NCBI GenBank assembly: GCA_977017645.1
Contig: OZ360220.1
Span: 289,602,001-289,666,000 of the forward strand
DNA: 64,000 bases
Reading direction: 5' to 3'
Source: Torpedo marmorata
Lineage: Eukaryota
The translations under genes were made by a program, and so were the position numbers. This document shows, one piece after another, positions 1 through 12,092 of this stretch. Under the pieces are notes generated by a model that saw only the letters and a program-made list of their open reading frames with translations, was not told the DNA's origin and ran no database searches. Numbering within the stretch: position 1 is the first letter of the stretch; each line of letters opens with the position of its first letter.

Positions 1-461
1 TATTTTTAAATCTTTATCATTGATTTTTAAGATTAATATTGAACCATGTCCTATAATTGCTCTGTTTGGTTTTTCACGTGAACCTAACATACCTTTGTCT
101 GCATCACAGGAAAAAGTTTTAGCTTTTTCCACGTTGATTGCCAGATGAGCAATTTTATTGAAATGGAAAGATGAGTTATCACCGACACATAGACAGTGGT
201 TACTAGATATAATGTCCTATCTGAGTTTGGAGAAAATTAGATATAATATTGAATATAGAAAGTTTCAATTTTTAAAGATCTGGGGGCCATTCATTGAATA
301 CTATTATGATTGGAAGAATTAACAAAACTGACTATCCCGAGGACTCTCTGTCCGATGCTTGGAGGTCGCTAGAGGATCCATACCCTTTTTTTTGTTGTTC
401 TTTTCCTTTTTTACAACATCAAGGTAACCTTGCTTAGAGGGAGGGGTTAGAATAGATTAGT

Positions 462-1490
462 AAAAAACACAAATGCTGGAGAACTCAGCAGGTCAAACAG
501 TGTCTTTTATGTAGCAAAGGTAGAAATACATAACTGACGTTTCAGGCTTGAGCCCTTCTTCAAAGTATGAGAAAATGCCGGCAGACGTCCGAACAAAGGA
601 GTGAGGGGGGAAGGGTGGGTGGGAAAGGCAGAAGATAATAGGTGGAGACAGGAGGGAGGGGACAGTAGCAAAGAGGGGGAGGAGGGATGGCTGGGTAGCT
701 GGAGAAACACAGGAAGGACAGGTGAGGGGGGAGGGGAAGGGAACAACAAGCAGGTTTAGTGGAAAGCAGAAAAGTCAATGTTAATTCCATCTGGCTGGAG
801 AGTGCCGAGACGGAATATGAGATGTTGTTCCTCCAGTTTGCGGGTAGTCTTGGTGGGATAGTACATGAGGCCATGGACAGACATGTGAGTGTGGGAGTGT
901 GACCCAGAATTGAAATGGTTGGCCACTGGGAGGTCGCTGTTGTTGCGAACCGAGCGGAGGTGCTGAGCGAAGCGATCTCCCAATCTACGACCGGTCTCTC
1001 CAATGTATAGAAAGCCACAAAGGGAGCACCGGATGCAGTAAATAAGTCCTCTGGATGTACAAGTGAAGTGTTGCTTCACTTGGAAGGCCTGTTTGGGGCC
1101 CTGGACCGTGGTGAGGGGGGACGTGTGGGCGCAGGTGTTGCACCTCCTGCGGGCACAGGGGAAGGTTCCGGGGGTGCGATGGGTGGGGAGGGACGAGTGC
1201 ACGAGTGAATCACGGAGGGAGCGGTCCCTACGGAAGGCCGAGAGGGGAGGAGAAGGAAAAATGTGTCTGGTGGTGGGATCCTGCAGCAAGTGCCGGAAAT
1301 TCCGACGGATAATGTGTTGGATGCGGAGGCTGGTGGGGTGGTAGGTGAGGATGAGGGGTATTCTATGTTTGTTGTGTCTGGGGGCAGAGGGGGCCAGGGC
1401 AGATGAGCGGGAAATGGAGGAGATGCGGGTGAGGGCTGAGTTGATGGTGGTGGAGGGGAAGCCACGTTTGTGGAAAAAGGCAGACATTTC
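462..1490 (-). mobile_element. Penelope-like retroelement, 5'-truncated
   Basis: Carries a GIY-YIG ORF. 8-bp target duplication AGATTAGT at 454-461 and 1491-1498. Its 3' region matches the copies at 58759 and 60048. Confidence 0.9.
756..1487 (-). CDS. Penelope RT thumb plus GIY-YIG endonuclease (truncated ORF)
   Basis: IPLILTYHP; C-x4-C-x2-C linker; LIYCIRCSLCGFLYIGETGRRLGDRFAQH; VANHF; LEEQHLIFRLGTLQPDGIN. Confidence 0.9.
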   Translation of the reverse strand: MSAFFHKRGFPSTTINSALTRISSISRSSALAPSAPRHNKHRIPLILTYHPTSLRIQHIIRRNFRHLLQDPTTRHIFPSPPLSAFRRDRSLRDSLVHSSLPTHRTPGTFPCARRRCNTCAHTSPLTTVQGPKQAFQVKQHFTCTSRGLIYCIRCSLCGFLYIGETGRRLGDRFAQHLRSVRNNSDLPVANHFNSGSHSHTHMSVHGLMYYPTKTTRKLEEQHLIFRLGTLQPDGINIDFSAFH

Positions 1491-1734
1491 AGATTAGTTA
1501 TTAGTGTTTTTTTTAATCTTTTTTTTCCTTTTTTTTTATTTTACTTTCAATTTTTTTTTTAAGATAATTATACGGAATTAGAGTTTTAACCTATATTCAG
1601 AATTTAGTTACAACAATTTACTTAGTTTTTTTTATATACATGTATGAATACCAGCTGATTTTTTGAATGTTTTTCTTAATTCTGTTACTCTGTATACATG
1701 TTTATTGTTGATATTTTTAAAAGAAAAGAAAGGA

Positions 1735-3283
1735 GTGATATTTATAAATGACCGAGAATAGATGAAGTGTAAGGATGTGTCAGTAAGTTTGTGGATGATA
1801 CGAAGGTTGGAGGAGTTGTGGATAGTGTCGTAGTTTAAAAAAGGATATTGACACATGCAGAGTTGGGCGGAAAAGTGGCAAATGGAGTTCAATCTAGATA
1901 AGTGTGAGGTGACGCATTTTGGAAAGTCAAACCTGAAGGCTGAGTACAGGGTTAATGCTCAGATGCTTAACAGTGTGAAATAACAGAGGTACCTTGTGGT
2001 CCAAATCCATACATCTCTCAAGGCTGCCGCACAGATTGATAGGATAGTTAAGAAGGCATAAGTCAGGGGATTGAGTTCAGGAGTCGAGAGGTAATGTTGC
2101 AACTCTACAAATCTCTGTTAAGATGACACTTGGAATATTGTGTTCAGTTCTGGTCACCTCGTTATAGGAAGGATGTGAAAGCTATGGAGAGGGTGCAGAG
2201 GAGTTTTGTCAGGATGTTGCCTGGATTGGAAAATAAGTCTTATGAGGCAAGGTTAGCAGAGCTAGGACTTTTCTCTCTGGAGTGAAGAAGGATGAGAGGT
2301 TACTTAATCGAGGTCTATAAGATTCTGAGAGGCATAGATAAGGTGGACAGCCAAAACCTTTTTCCCAGGGCAGGAATAGCAAACACCAGAGGATATCTAA
2401 GATCAGAATCAAAATTTATTGTCATGAACAAGTCATGAAATTCGGTGTTTTGTGGCAGCATCATAGTGCAAACATTCATATTATAAACCATCTTACAACA
2501 TTACTATAAAAAAATATAAATAATAAGCACGAAAAGTAAGGCAGTGTCTTTGGTTCATTGATTATTCAGGAATCTGATTGCAGCGGGGAAGAAGCTGTCC
2601 TTGTGCCGTTGAGTTCTCGTCTTTAGGCTCCTGTATCTTTTTCCCGATGGTAGCAGAGTGAAGAAGGCATGGCCTGGGTGGTGGGGGCCTTTGACGATAG
2701 AGGCTGCTTTTTTAAGACACCGCCTCATGTAGATGTTCTCGATGGAGTGAAGTCTGGTGCCTGTGATATCACAGGCCGAGTTAACAACCCTCTGGAGTTT
2801 ATTCTTGTCCTGAGAGTTGGCGCCTCCATACCAGGCAGTGATGCAACCAGCCAGAATGCTCTCCATGGTGCACCTGTAGAAGTTTACGAGAGTCTTCAGT
2901 GACATACCGAATCTCCTCAGACACCTCACAAAGTATAGCTACTGGCGAGCCTTCTTTGTGATTGCATCAACGGATATCAAGAGGATATCTGTACAATGTG
3001 AAGGGATGGAAGTTTAGGGGAAACATCAGGAGTAAGTTGTTTTTTTTTTAAATTTCATTTTTACAGACAGTTGAGGGTGCCTGGAATGCCTTTCCAGGGG
3101 TGGTAGTGGAGGCTGGAACAATAGGGCATTTAAGAGATTCTTAGACAGGCACTTGGGTGAAAGAAAAATAGATGGTTACGAGGTAGGAAGTGTTTCATTT
3201 TTTTTGGTAGGAATATACTGTATAGGTCGCCACGACATCGAGGACTGAAGGGCCTGTACTGTGCTCTAGTGTTCTATGTTCTA
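1735..3283 (+). mobile_element. CR1 LINE 3' fragment, degenerate, interrupted by a Rex1 copy
   Basis: Remnants of SKF(A)DDTKVGG, W...WQMEFN.DKCEV.HFG and [10 protein letters not shown]. Ends in a GTTCTAT-type tail. Confidence 0.85.
2399..2979 (-). mobile_element. Rex1/Babar-type LINE 3' fragment
   Basis: ORF 2555-2929 NFYRCTMESILAGCITAWYG...LLPSGKRYRS...SFFPAAIRFLN. 11-bp TSD AGAGGATATCT at 2388-2398 and 2980-2990. Confidence 0.85.
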
Positions 3284-3689
3284 AAACACCTTAGAAAGCA
3301 TGACAGTTTCTGAAGCGATGGCTTTGAATTGATCATGGGAATTCACATGGATGAGCATGTGAACAACATTGGCAGTACTGCTCTGTAAGTGACCCAAGAA
3401 AGCTGGCACTTTGTTTAGTGATTGGTTTTACAATTGGGGGCAATAAGCAACAACTGGCGAGCAGAGGATTGAAGTGATGCACAGGCCATGAGAGACCAAT
3501 GCAGAACAGATTTTTGTTTTATTTGACCACCTGTAGCCTTCATGATTTCCTTTTAAATGGCCCTTGAATCACCTAATTTATTGAATTCACTTTCACGACC
3601 AGCTATCGTTGAGATTTGGAACTCTCACCTTCCCTGTTGGTTGTCCAGAATCACAATCAGTACATCACCAATACCAATTACATCAGGAC

Positions 3690-4100
3690 TGTGAGGTCAC
3701 ATTTAACTAACCTCCTGGAGATTTTCCAAAGAAATGATGGACACAGGAAATGAATGTGATATTATATACTTAGAGTTTCAGAGAGCTTTTGACAGGATCC
3801 TATATTGGTGATTAATGGGCACGGCAAGAACTTACATAATTGAAGATAAAGTGCAATGCTGGATAGACATTTGGAAAACAGAAAGGGCAGTTAAATACAA
3901 ATGAGAACTTTTCACTTCGATAAAGGCCACGTGTAGTGCATCAGGAGTCTGTCTTGAAAGCTGTGCTGCTTATAAATATTTGAATATATAACTGAAATTT
4001 TGCAGATGATTCTAAAATCAATGCACAAAAAATTAAAGCAACTAGAATCAGAAGGATTTCATTCTTTTAGGAATTTCTGACAATTGCAATTCAATGTAGT
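3690..4100 (+). mobile_element. Highly degenerate CR1 RT fragment
   Basis: Remnants of LTNLLE, DIIYL.FQRAFD and FADDSK. Confidence 0.55.
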
Positions 4101-4378
4101 TTTGGGGTGGCACAGCACCACTGCCAATAGAATTGCTAACTCTCAGTTTCAGAGACCTGATTTCAATCCTGAAATTCCAGCTCTATGCATGTGGAGTTGG
4201 CAGACATTTTGCCAGTTCATTAAAGAGGATATTGTTGGGGACGTCACGTGATGGAGTAGAGTCAGGGCATAGAAACCCGACTCTCCTGGGACCGTTAAAA
4301 AAAGTTTAATTAAAAAACGTTTTTCTAAAGTTTAAACTTATTTAAAAGTGATATAAAGTTACTAAAGAAAGAATAAGA

Positions 4379-5464
4379 ATGCCTCCAAAGAAGGATAAAA
4401 GAGTTAAAGACTTACCAAAACTTCAACGGAGAGAGAAGACCTCGACTGTGAAAAGGCCTCGGCAGCAGGGAGCTGGAGTGCGAACGGAGCCCCAGGAAGA
4501 GGCTCAGTTGATGGGAACGGCTGCAGGCACTGATCCCTCCCGACGCCAAAAACATGGTGCCGGTGAGGAAATCGGGCCTGCTTCGCGCATGCGCGAAACT
4601 CTGCCAATAACATCGGAGACAACGACCTCAGATCAGGGAGACACGAGCAGCTCCGATCTGGAAGACGAAGGAGACCAGCTGGAGGCCGAGGCATTACAAC
4701 AACAACCACCGGAGACGTCACAGCAAGTATTTAAAGGGAAAACATCAAGCACTACAGCTATACTAACAGCACTTCATGAATTAAAAGAAGATATGAAATA
4801 TGTGAAAAAGGTGATTGATGATATGAAAGGTTTGAAGTTAAAAGTGAACAAGATTGAAAATAAAGTTAAGAAAATAAAAGTAGAAGTGGAAAATACTGAA
4901 GGAAGAGTGGAGGTAGTGGAAAATAATTATACTGTTTTACAAATGGAAAATAAAAAGCTCAAGCAGCAAGTGGACATATTGGAAAACTTTAGTAGAAGAA
5001 ATAACATAAAGATCGTTGGTCTTAAAGAAGGTGAGGAAGGACAGGATATGATCGCTTTTATGAAGGCCTGGCTACCTGACGTGCTGGGCGCAGATAAGTT
5101 TGATCATGAAATTGAAATCGAAAGAGCCTACAGGGCCTTAAGAGCAAGACCAGCACAAGATCAATATCCGCGTTCTATACTGGTCAAATTTTTAAGATAT
5201 CAAGATAGGGAGCGAATTTTGCAGATCGCAATGGAGGCAGCAAGACAGAGAGGAGGTCCTTTGATGTATAAAGCAGCCAAAGTTCTTTTTTACCCTGACA
5301 TAAGCGCCGACTTGATGAAGAGGAGGAAAGAATTCAATGCAGCTAAAAAGACTTTGTGGGAGAAGGGATATAGATTTGTGCTGCGACACCCAGCGACCTT
5401 GAAGATCTTCATACCAGACCAGCAAAACAAATTTTTTACAAACTATACTTTAGCAGAGGGATGA
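4379..5464 (+). CDS. L1 ORF1p (coiled coil, RRM, CTD)
   Basis: Heptad-rich region, then LENFSRRNNIKIVGLKEGEE, IEIERAYR, PRSILVKFLRYQDRERIL, FYPDIS, RRKEF, HPATLKI. Confidence 0.9.
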   Translation: MPPKKDKRVKDLPKLQRREKTSTVKRPRQQGAGVRTEPQEEAQLMGTAAGTDPSRRQKHGAGEEIGPASRMRETLPITSETTTSDQGDTSSSDLEDEGDQLEAEALQQQPPETSQQVFKGKTSSTTAILTALHELKEDMKYVKKVIDDMKGLKLKVNKIENKVKKIKVEVENTEGRVEVVENNYTVLQMENKKLKQQVDILENFSRRNNIKIVGLKEGEEGQDMIAFMKAWLPDVLGADKFDHEIEIERAYRALRARPAQDQYPRSILVKFLRYQDRERILQIAMEAARQRGGPLMYKAAKVLFYPDISADLMKRRKEFNAAKKTLWEKGYRFVLRHPATLKIFIPDQQNKFFTNYTLAEG

Positions 5465-5914
5465 GCGTTGAAAAATGAATGTTTTTTTTTTATTATATAT
5501 TGGTAAAAAGAGTGATATATACCAGTTTATAACTTGGTAAATCTGATGATAAAAGAATGTTTATGCTAAAAGTGTGATACCAGGGGGGTCGGGGAGAGGA
5601 GGGTGAGATCCTGACTTCTGCTATAATCATGTGTACTTTTGCGGCTAAGGCCGCGGCCCGTAAAATAGAGGGAGGTAGCGCTGTATATATTAATAGCGCT
5701 AGTGGGGTTATAGTTAGACTATGTTTTCTTTTCTACAGGGAGGGGGGAATGTACTTAGTAACTGTATATTTTTCTTATATTAATTGTATGTATTATTGCA
5801 AGGAATACATGTTGGCTCGATGGAGATTGAAGAAAGTAGTTATGGAGGGTGAGAAAGGGGTCTGGGATGGAGGGGGTAACATTAACAGAAACGAAACATA
5901 ATTAAAAATGAGTA

Positions 5915-7378
5915 ATGTGGGTTCGGACAGATAATAAATTAAAGAATTTATATAAATGGAACTATGTACCATTACTTAATAAGATTAAGGAGGATCTAGA
6001 GAAATGGATTAATCTACCAATCACATTGATAGGAAGAGTTAATTGTATTAAAATGAATATATTTCCAAGGATACAGTATTTGTATCAGACTATACCTATT
6101 TCATTACCACAGGTATTTTTTCAAGACTTAAATAAACAGGTGCGAAAATTTTTATGGAAAGGCAAAATGTCAAGAGTATCGATGGAACGTTTAACATGGA
6201 AGTATGAATTGGGAGGTTTACAACTCCCTAATTTTAAGAACTATTATAGAGCGGCACAGATGCGTTTTATTGCTTCTTTTTTTGAAACTGAAGAAAGACC
6301 TGCATGGGTTGGAATAGAACTTGGAGAAATAGGAGAGAAGACACCACAAGAATTTATATATAAATGGAATTCAAAATTGTTGACAGGTGTTAAAGAAACA
6401 CCGTTATTAAAACATTTGATTAATGCTTGGAATAAGGTTAATGACGATATAGGATTGAAAGGAAGTATATCACCTAAAGTGCCATTGATACAGAACAATT
6501 TGATACCATTTACAAAGGATAACCCTTTTTTAAATACATGGTCATTAAAAGGAATAAAGAAGATAGAAGATTGTTATGAAGGAAATCAAATGATGTCATT
6601 TATACAATTACAGAATAAATATGGAATACCTAGAAATACATTTTTTTGCTATTTTCAACTAATAGCTTATTTAAGAGAAAAATTAGGTCCAGATATGTTG
6701 TTACAAGATTGTAGTGAGGTAGAAACTATTATCAGGAAAGGAAATACTAAGAAATTTACTTCTATAGTATATTCTTTGTTACAGAGGGGAGCTTTAAAAC
6801 GAGGACTTCATAAGTCTAGACAAAGATGGGAACAAGATCTTAATATTACAATTGATGAAAAAAGATGGTCGGATCTATGTTTAGATAGTATGACTAATAC
6901 TGTTAATGTAAGATATAGACTGGTACAGTACAACTTTTTACATCAATTATATCTCACACCACAAGATGAACTCTGCAATATCAAATAGATGTTTTAGATG
7001 TGGTGAAGAAGAAGGAACTTTTTTACATTCAACGTGGTCATGTTCTAAAGTTAAAGATTTTTGGACAGAGTTAGGAAACCGGTTAAAACAAATTACAGGT
7101 GTTACATTTCCTCAGAATCTGACTTATTCTTATTGGGAAATGTAGAAGGAACTAGACCAAAATTGAAATTATCTATATGGCAATTAAAGTTCATAAGTAG
7201 CTAGGAAATGTATAGCAGTAACTTGGAAATCGGATACAAATTTAAGTATGGATAGATGGAATTCATAGATGCAGAGTTGTATCCCATTGGAAAAAATAAC
7301 GTACAATATGAGGAATAAATATGGATTCTTTTTGCAAATTTGGCGTCCATTTATCCAATTATTAGGAATGAATATTTA
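5915..7378 (+). pseudogene. L1 ORF2 C-terminal half only (post-RT region and CCHC finger)
   Basis: LPITLIGRVNCIKMNIFPRIQYL, GGLQLPNFKNYY and QYNFLHQLYLTP. After a frameshift comes CFRCGEEEGTFLHSTWSC. No EN or YADD motif is present. Confidence 0.85.
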
Positions 7379-8047
7379 AATATGTTGCCCTACATCCCAG
7401 ACCCTGCTGACTCTCTTAAGTTTAAATTTGAAGAATGAACATTGTTGAATTTCTTGCACCGAGCCATGGATCTGTACAGATATATTTTCACTTTTTCTTT
7501 TCCTTTCTCTTTTCTTTTTTAGTTCTAGTATGGGGAGGGGATAAGGGATGGGAAGGGTGGAGGGTGGGTTGTTTTAGTAAGGGTGGGTTTAGATTCATGG
7601 TAATACGAAATTCCTATGTATCGAACTTAACTAATGTTTACTATGTATTTTATGTTATTTTGTATTATTGTGAAAAATTTGAAAAATTTAAAATAAAATA
7701 TTTTAAAAAAAAGAGGATATTGTTCGTGTCTTCCTCCGACTACAACTGCAATACACAGCATTCACTGTCCACTAACACACCTGCCAAGCTCCCAACCAAG
7801 TCTAGTATTGCAACTGTGCTGCATATTCCATATCACTCTACCTTCCTCAGCCACACTGATGATGTTGCTTTTTTCATTTCATCATTGTTTGTCATGGAAA
7901 TTCTTGCTGATGTCTGTCATCTGTGTCCACTCTGGGGATGGGGAGAGTGTTCATACAATCCACCCATCCCATGAAAGGACATAATTGAGAAACATAACCA
8001 GAGTTTTCACTATAGATGAGCTAATATAACAGTTTATTAAGGCATCT

Positions 8048-8163
8048 GACCCAGGAGGTAGGACATGGAAGTGGTCCAGGGGGGTGAGAAGGAGAGGTGG
8101 CCCGGGAGGTTGGACATGGAAGTGGTCCAGGAGGTGAGAAGGGGAAGTGACCCAGGAGGTTGG
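8048..8163. repeat. Tandem repeat, about 51-bp unit x2.3
   Basis: G(A/G)CCC(A/G)GGAGGT(A/T)GGACATGGAAGTGGTCCAGG..GGTGAGAAGG.GA.GT repeated. Confidence 0.85.
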
Positions 8164-8166
8164 TGG

Positions 8167-9330
8167 AACATAACAAAACATAACACAAGAAATAAAAGCA
8201 GGATTCGGCCATTCAGCTGCTCATACATCCTAGGCTATTCAATAGGATCATGAATGATCTCTTACCTCCACAGAATTTTCTTGCACTACAATTCCCTTGA
8301 TTCCCTCAATCCTAAAAAATATTATTGATCTCTGTGCTTAAGACTCGCGATAACTGAGCTTCCACGGCTCTGTTGGGTGGAGAATTCCAAAGATTAACAA
8401 TTGCTTGGTTAAGACATTTCTTTTCATCTCTGTTTCGAATGGCTGTCCCTTTATTTTGAAACTGTCACCCAGGTTCCAGCTGGGAGAAATATCAACTCAA
8501 TGTCTACTCAGTCAAGCCTGTTAAAAATGTTGTGTATTTCACAGAGATTATATCTCAGTCTTCTAAACTCTGGAGAACATGGGCCCATCCCACTTTATCT
8601 CTGCTAACTTGACAAATCCACCATCCAAGGAATCAGTCTGCATTCCTTCCAGCAGAAGTATATTCTTCGTTCGGTACGGAGATCCACATAAAGAAGGATT
8701 TGGAAAAGTAGTAAGGAATATTCAAGATGCTCCAATATAACTGGAGCAAAAGATCACAGCAGTTGTACTGAAATCACCTACAGGTAGTCCTCAACTTACG
8801 ACCGTGTTCCATTCTGACCGACCGGTCGTATCTCGAAATGGACGTGAGTCGCAAATTCACTGTATCCGTTTTATCGTTCGTCAAATACAACATGGCGGCC
8901 ACCAGCCAGCTCTCGCGAGAGGTTGGCCATCCCTGCCATAGGCGCTATTTTCCATAGATAGGCCCCTACTTTCACCCCAAAAGTGTAATTTTTATATTTT
9001 TTCTTTATTTATTTTATTTTTTAAAAATTCGGTCATATGTACGATGGCCGTAAGTCACATAGGTTGAAAGTCCGGGACTACCTGTACAAAAAAAAGGCCA
9101 GCATACCATTTGACTTCACGTTTGCCTGCATGTTGACCTTCAGTGCTTTATGTCCAAGTCATCTAATCCCTCTGAACATCCAATCTTTCAATCTCCCATC
9201 TTTTAAAAAATACTCCACGTTTGTATATTTTTCTACCAAAGACCTTACATTTTTTTTACATTATATACCATCTGTCATGTCCATATCCATTCACTTAACC
9301 TGTCTTTATTCCCTTGATGCCTTTATGGAT
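8167..9330 (-). mobile_element. Old degenerate CR1 fragment interrupted by a MITE
   Basis: Reverse-complement CR1 tail (AACATAAC repeats, GGCCATTCAGC) and GAATTCCAAAGATT..C motif typical of CR1 3' ends. Confidence 0.6.
8781..9084. mobile_element. Tigger/pogo-family MITE, 304 bp
   Basis: TIRs CAGGTAGTCC...GGACTACCTG flanked by TA on both sides, with internal ACTTACG subterminal motifs. Confidence 0.85.
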
Positions 9331-11774
9331 TCACCTTACTTCCTTCAGTGCCAAGAAAGGGGTGTGGTGCAGATGGCTGGTATGGGTGGTGATCTGTGAG
9401 GCAGCTAGAAGAGTTTAATCAAGGGATTGGCGTGGTTGGTGGTTCAGGAGATTGGTAGGCGCGGTGGTCTGGGTGATTGGTAGAGAACCAGTTGCACTAA
9501 CTGCTACGCTAATCATGCCGCCCATTATTGAATCAATATCCAGGTTAGCTCATTTAAACAGAATATTTGAATGTAATTCTGGACAGCAGGGAGCTTTAAT
9601 TGTCATATAAACATGGGTGACAGTTTTAAGCAAGAAGCCTTTTACTTGGTCTGGAATCCCTCTTAGAGAAAAAATAAATTATTCAGCAGTTTTTTTGGAT
9701 TTCACCATGACTATAAATGCATGTATTCAGTTCAATTTTCTGAATTTGCCTCACTCTTTGCAAAAATAGAAGGACTTTCACCTGATTGTTCATGGTATCT
9801 CTGACAGGAGATGATTAGAAAATCAGAAAAACAATGGAAATCATACTTATAACATTCTTCCAGACTCCTTCACGTTTTGAAGTGTGTCAGTGAAGCTACA
9901 GCAAGTAATCTCACAGAAACCCAACATTAACCCTTTTGCTTCTCATATATTTATCTTGACTAACTGAATGAGGGAACTACTTACACCTATTCATTTGACA
10001 GATTATTTAAAACCTTGACAATTTTTTTGTGATTGTTTAGCAGAAGTTTGAAAACCAAAAATTCTTCATTCCAAAGAATGAAAATGATTTTAAAAATAGA
10101 GTAAGAGTTACAGGCATATTTTTTTCTCAATCCTTGTGCAGTAAGTTTTACCTTCAAAACATACTGATGCTTTGACTTAAGAATTCATAAAACGCTGAAG
10201 TCCGCCACCGGGAGTTCAAACAATGTGAGAGACTTGTTCAGCACAGCTGCAGCCCTTACAGAGGCTTTAGAGGGGTGATCTGAAGCATTATTGCAGACTT
10301 CCAAAGCATTGCGGTGAGCAAAGAAACTATTGAAAGAGAACGAGCAGCCAAGAAACAAAATCCATAGGCAAATGATGAAATCATTCAGGAATTGACCACC
10401 CTGTAAGATCATGGGTGAAGTAGATAAACAGATTGCAGGAGACGTGGCTGCCAATTCGAGTATCAGTGAAAGAAGGTGGTACACTGAAACGAAGCTGCCA
10501 GGACACATTATCCATGATGACAGAAAAACAGATATTTTGCATGCCAAAACATCGTGTCTCTCATGCCCCTCAGACAGCCATGCTGCTCAATAAATTTTGA
10601 TCATGCACACACACAGTAAGATGTTTAAGCTAAAAAAAATACCTTTGGGAAACAGACATGGTAAAAGCAAGTTGCCCTGGCACACAGTCAAGCAATGTGA
10701 TCTATGATGATTGCTGATATTCGGGATCCATTACAAGCAAGTTAAATGTTGGTTATTGTTGATTCACAGCATCTCAAGAATGCTGACTGAAAGAGAGCCT
10801 TAGTTGTGTAATTGGCATGGATCCTTTGACCTCCCTTGCACACTATTTAAGGGCTTCCTCCTTAAAAAAAAACAGAGGCTCCCTTGGCCGCTCGATTTGG
10901 ATCAAGATTGCCATTGAAAAGAAACCTGGCTTTCAGAATAGTAGCAACAAAGAGCCGCTCCCTGCAAAGTTTCACTCATGCAATATATTATTCCTGTTTT
11001 CTCACACATTTAAGTACACAACCTTTGAATTAAGTGTTTGTTAAACAATCTCACAGTAGGGGTTGGAAAAAGGGACTGCTACACTTTGTGGAATGTCTCA
11101 GCTGAAAAAGACCAAACCCCAACCACGCCACTTTCCCACAATTCCTCCTCCTCCATCCTCAACATCACCACAGGTTCAAATAAGGCATGCAGAAATAGCA
11201 AGAGAAATGCACTCAAAAACCATTGCATAACTTTGGTGAAAAGTAGCTAGCACTATTATTGCCACGTTCATTTTTGGCACTGATTGTTCTCAAAGTTTCA
11301 GGGCATTTATTGAATTTGACAAGGCTGGACTGTGCAGACTGGTTATGAAAGAAAGAATGACTTACCTAACCTTGCTTTGTTTGAGCACCTTGTTATCATT
11401 TGTATTTATGTTCTGCTGACACTTGACATTGCATCTGAAAAAAAACAAATTTAATTTGGATGATCTAGAATAGGACAATCAGAACAGAATCAGACATTTT
11501 AGATTAAAATATAACTTCAAAACACAGGAGCCTATGAATCACTGGAATTTCCTACTCATTTGTGAAATATGTTCAACAGAAAATGGCTGAATGAACCCCA
11601 TAAAAATGCGACCATTCTGCCCTTGCTTGGTGCTAATTGACCTTTTCATTGCAATTCTTTACCCTGCATTTGTGCTCTTTACATGGTTGTATGAATGTTA
11701 GGGATAACCTCCATCTGCTTGCAGAAGAACACTTCTCATTGTATGAGGTATTTTGTGACAAATAAACTTACATT

Positions 11775-11880
11775 TTAAAATGCTGAAAATAGTTAGCAAG
11801 TCAGGCAGTGTCTGCAGAGGAAGATGTAGTTAATATTTCAGATGAATGACCTTTCATTAGAACAGAATAATGTTAAATTT
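11775..11880 (-). mobile_element. Degenerate Penelope-type 3' fragment
   Basis: AAATGCTGAAAATA..TAGCAAGTCAGGCAGTGTC resembles 471-505. Confidence 0.45.
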
Positions 11881-12092
11881 ATGACCCAGGGTATGGAACA
11901 AGGATCAGTGAGAACAAAAGGAAAGATCTGTAATAGGGCAGAAAGCCAGAGAGAGTGCAAGCAAAAAAAATGAGAACCTACAGTGGTGCAAAAGTGGTGA
12001 CGGAAGAGGCAAAGAGAAAGAGTGCAACAGAAATGCAGAATCATTATCTGGAAGTACAAGTTCCACTGATGATATTGTAGCCTTGTCCTGCC

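Larger units (their letters stand above)
1..1731 (+). mobile_element. L1-type LINE 3' fragment (ORF2 C-terminus, 3' UTR, A-rich tail), interrupted by a Penelope element
   Basis: Reads AILLKWKDELSPTHRQWLLDIMSYLSLEKIRY...IWGPFIEY to TAA at 320-322, typical of the fish L1 ORF2 end. The T-rich 3' UTR resumes at 1491. Confidence 0.8.
4237..7709 (+). mobile_element. L1 element with an intact 5' end and ORF1 but lacking the endonuclease and RT of ORF2
   Basis: 15-bp TSD AAAGAGGATATTGTT at 4222-4236 and 7710-7724. Starts with GGGG and ends with AATAAA and an A-run. Confidence 0.9.

Noticed and set aside
7435-7974. 179-aa ORF
   Set aside because: It runs through the L1 3' UTR, poly-A and TSD into flanking DNA, so it is a chance frame.
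10185-10593. ORFs in apparently unique sequence as host exons
   Set aside because: No recognisable domain and no convincing splice-site pair; cannot be excluded without RNA-seq.
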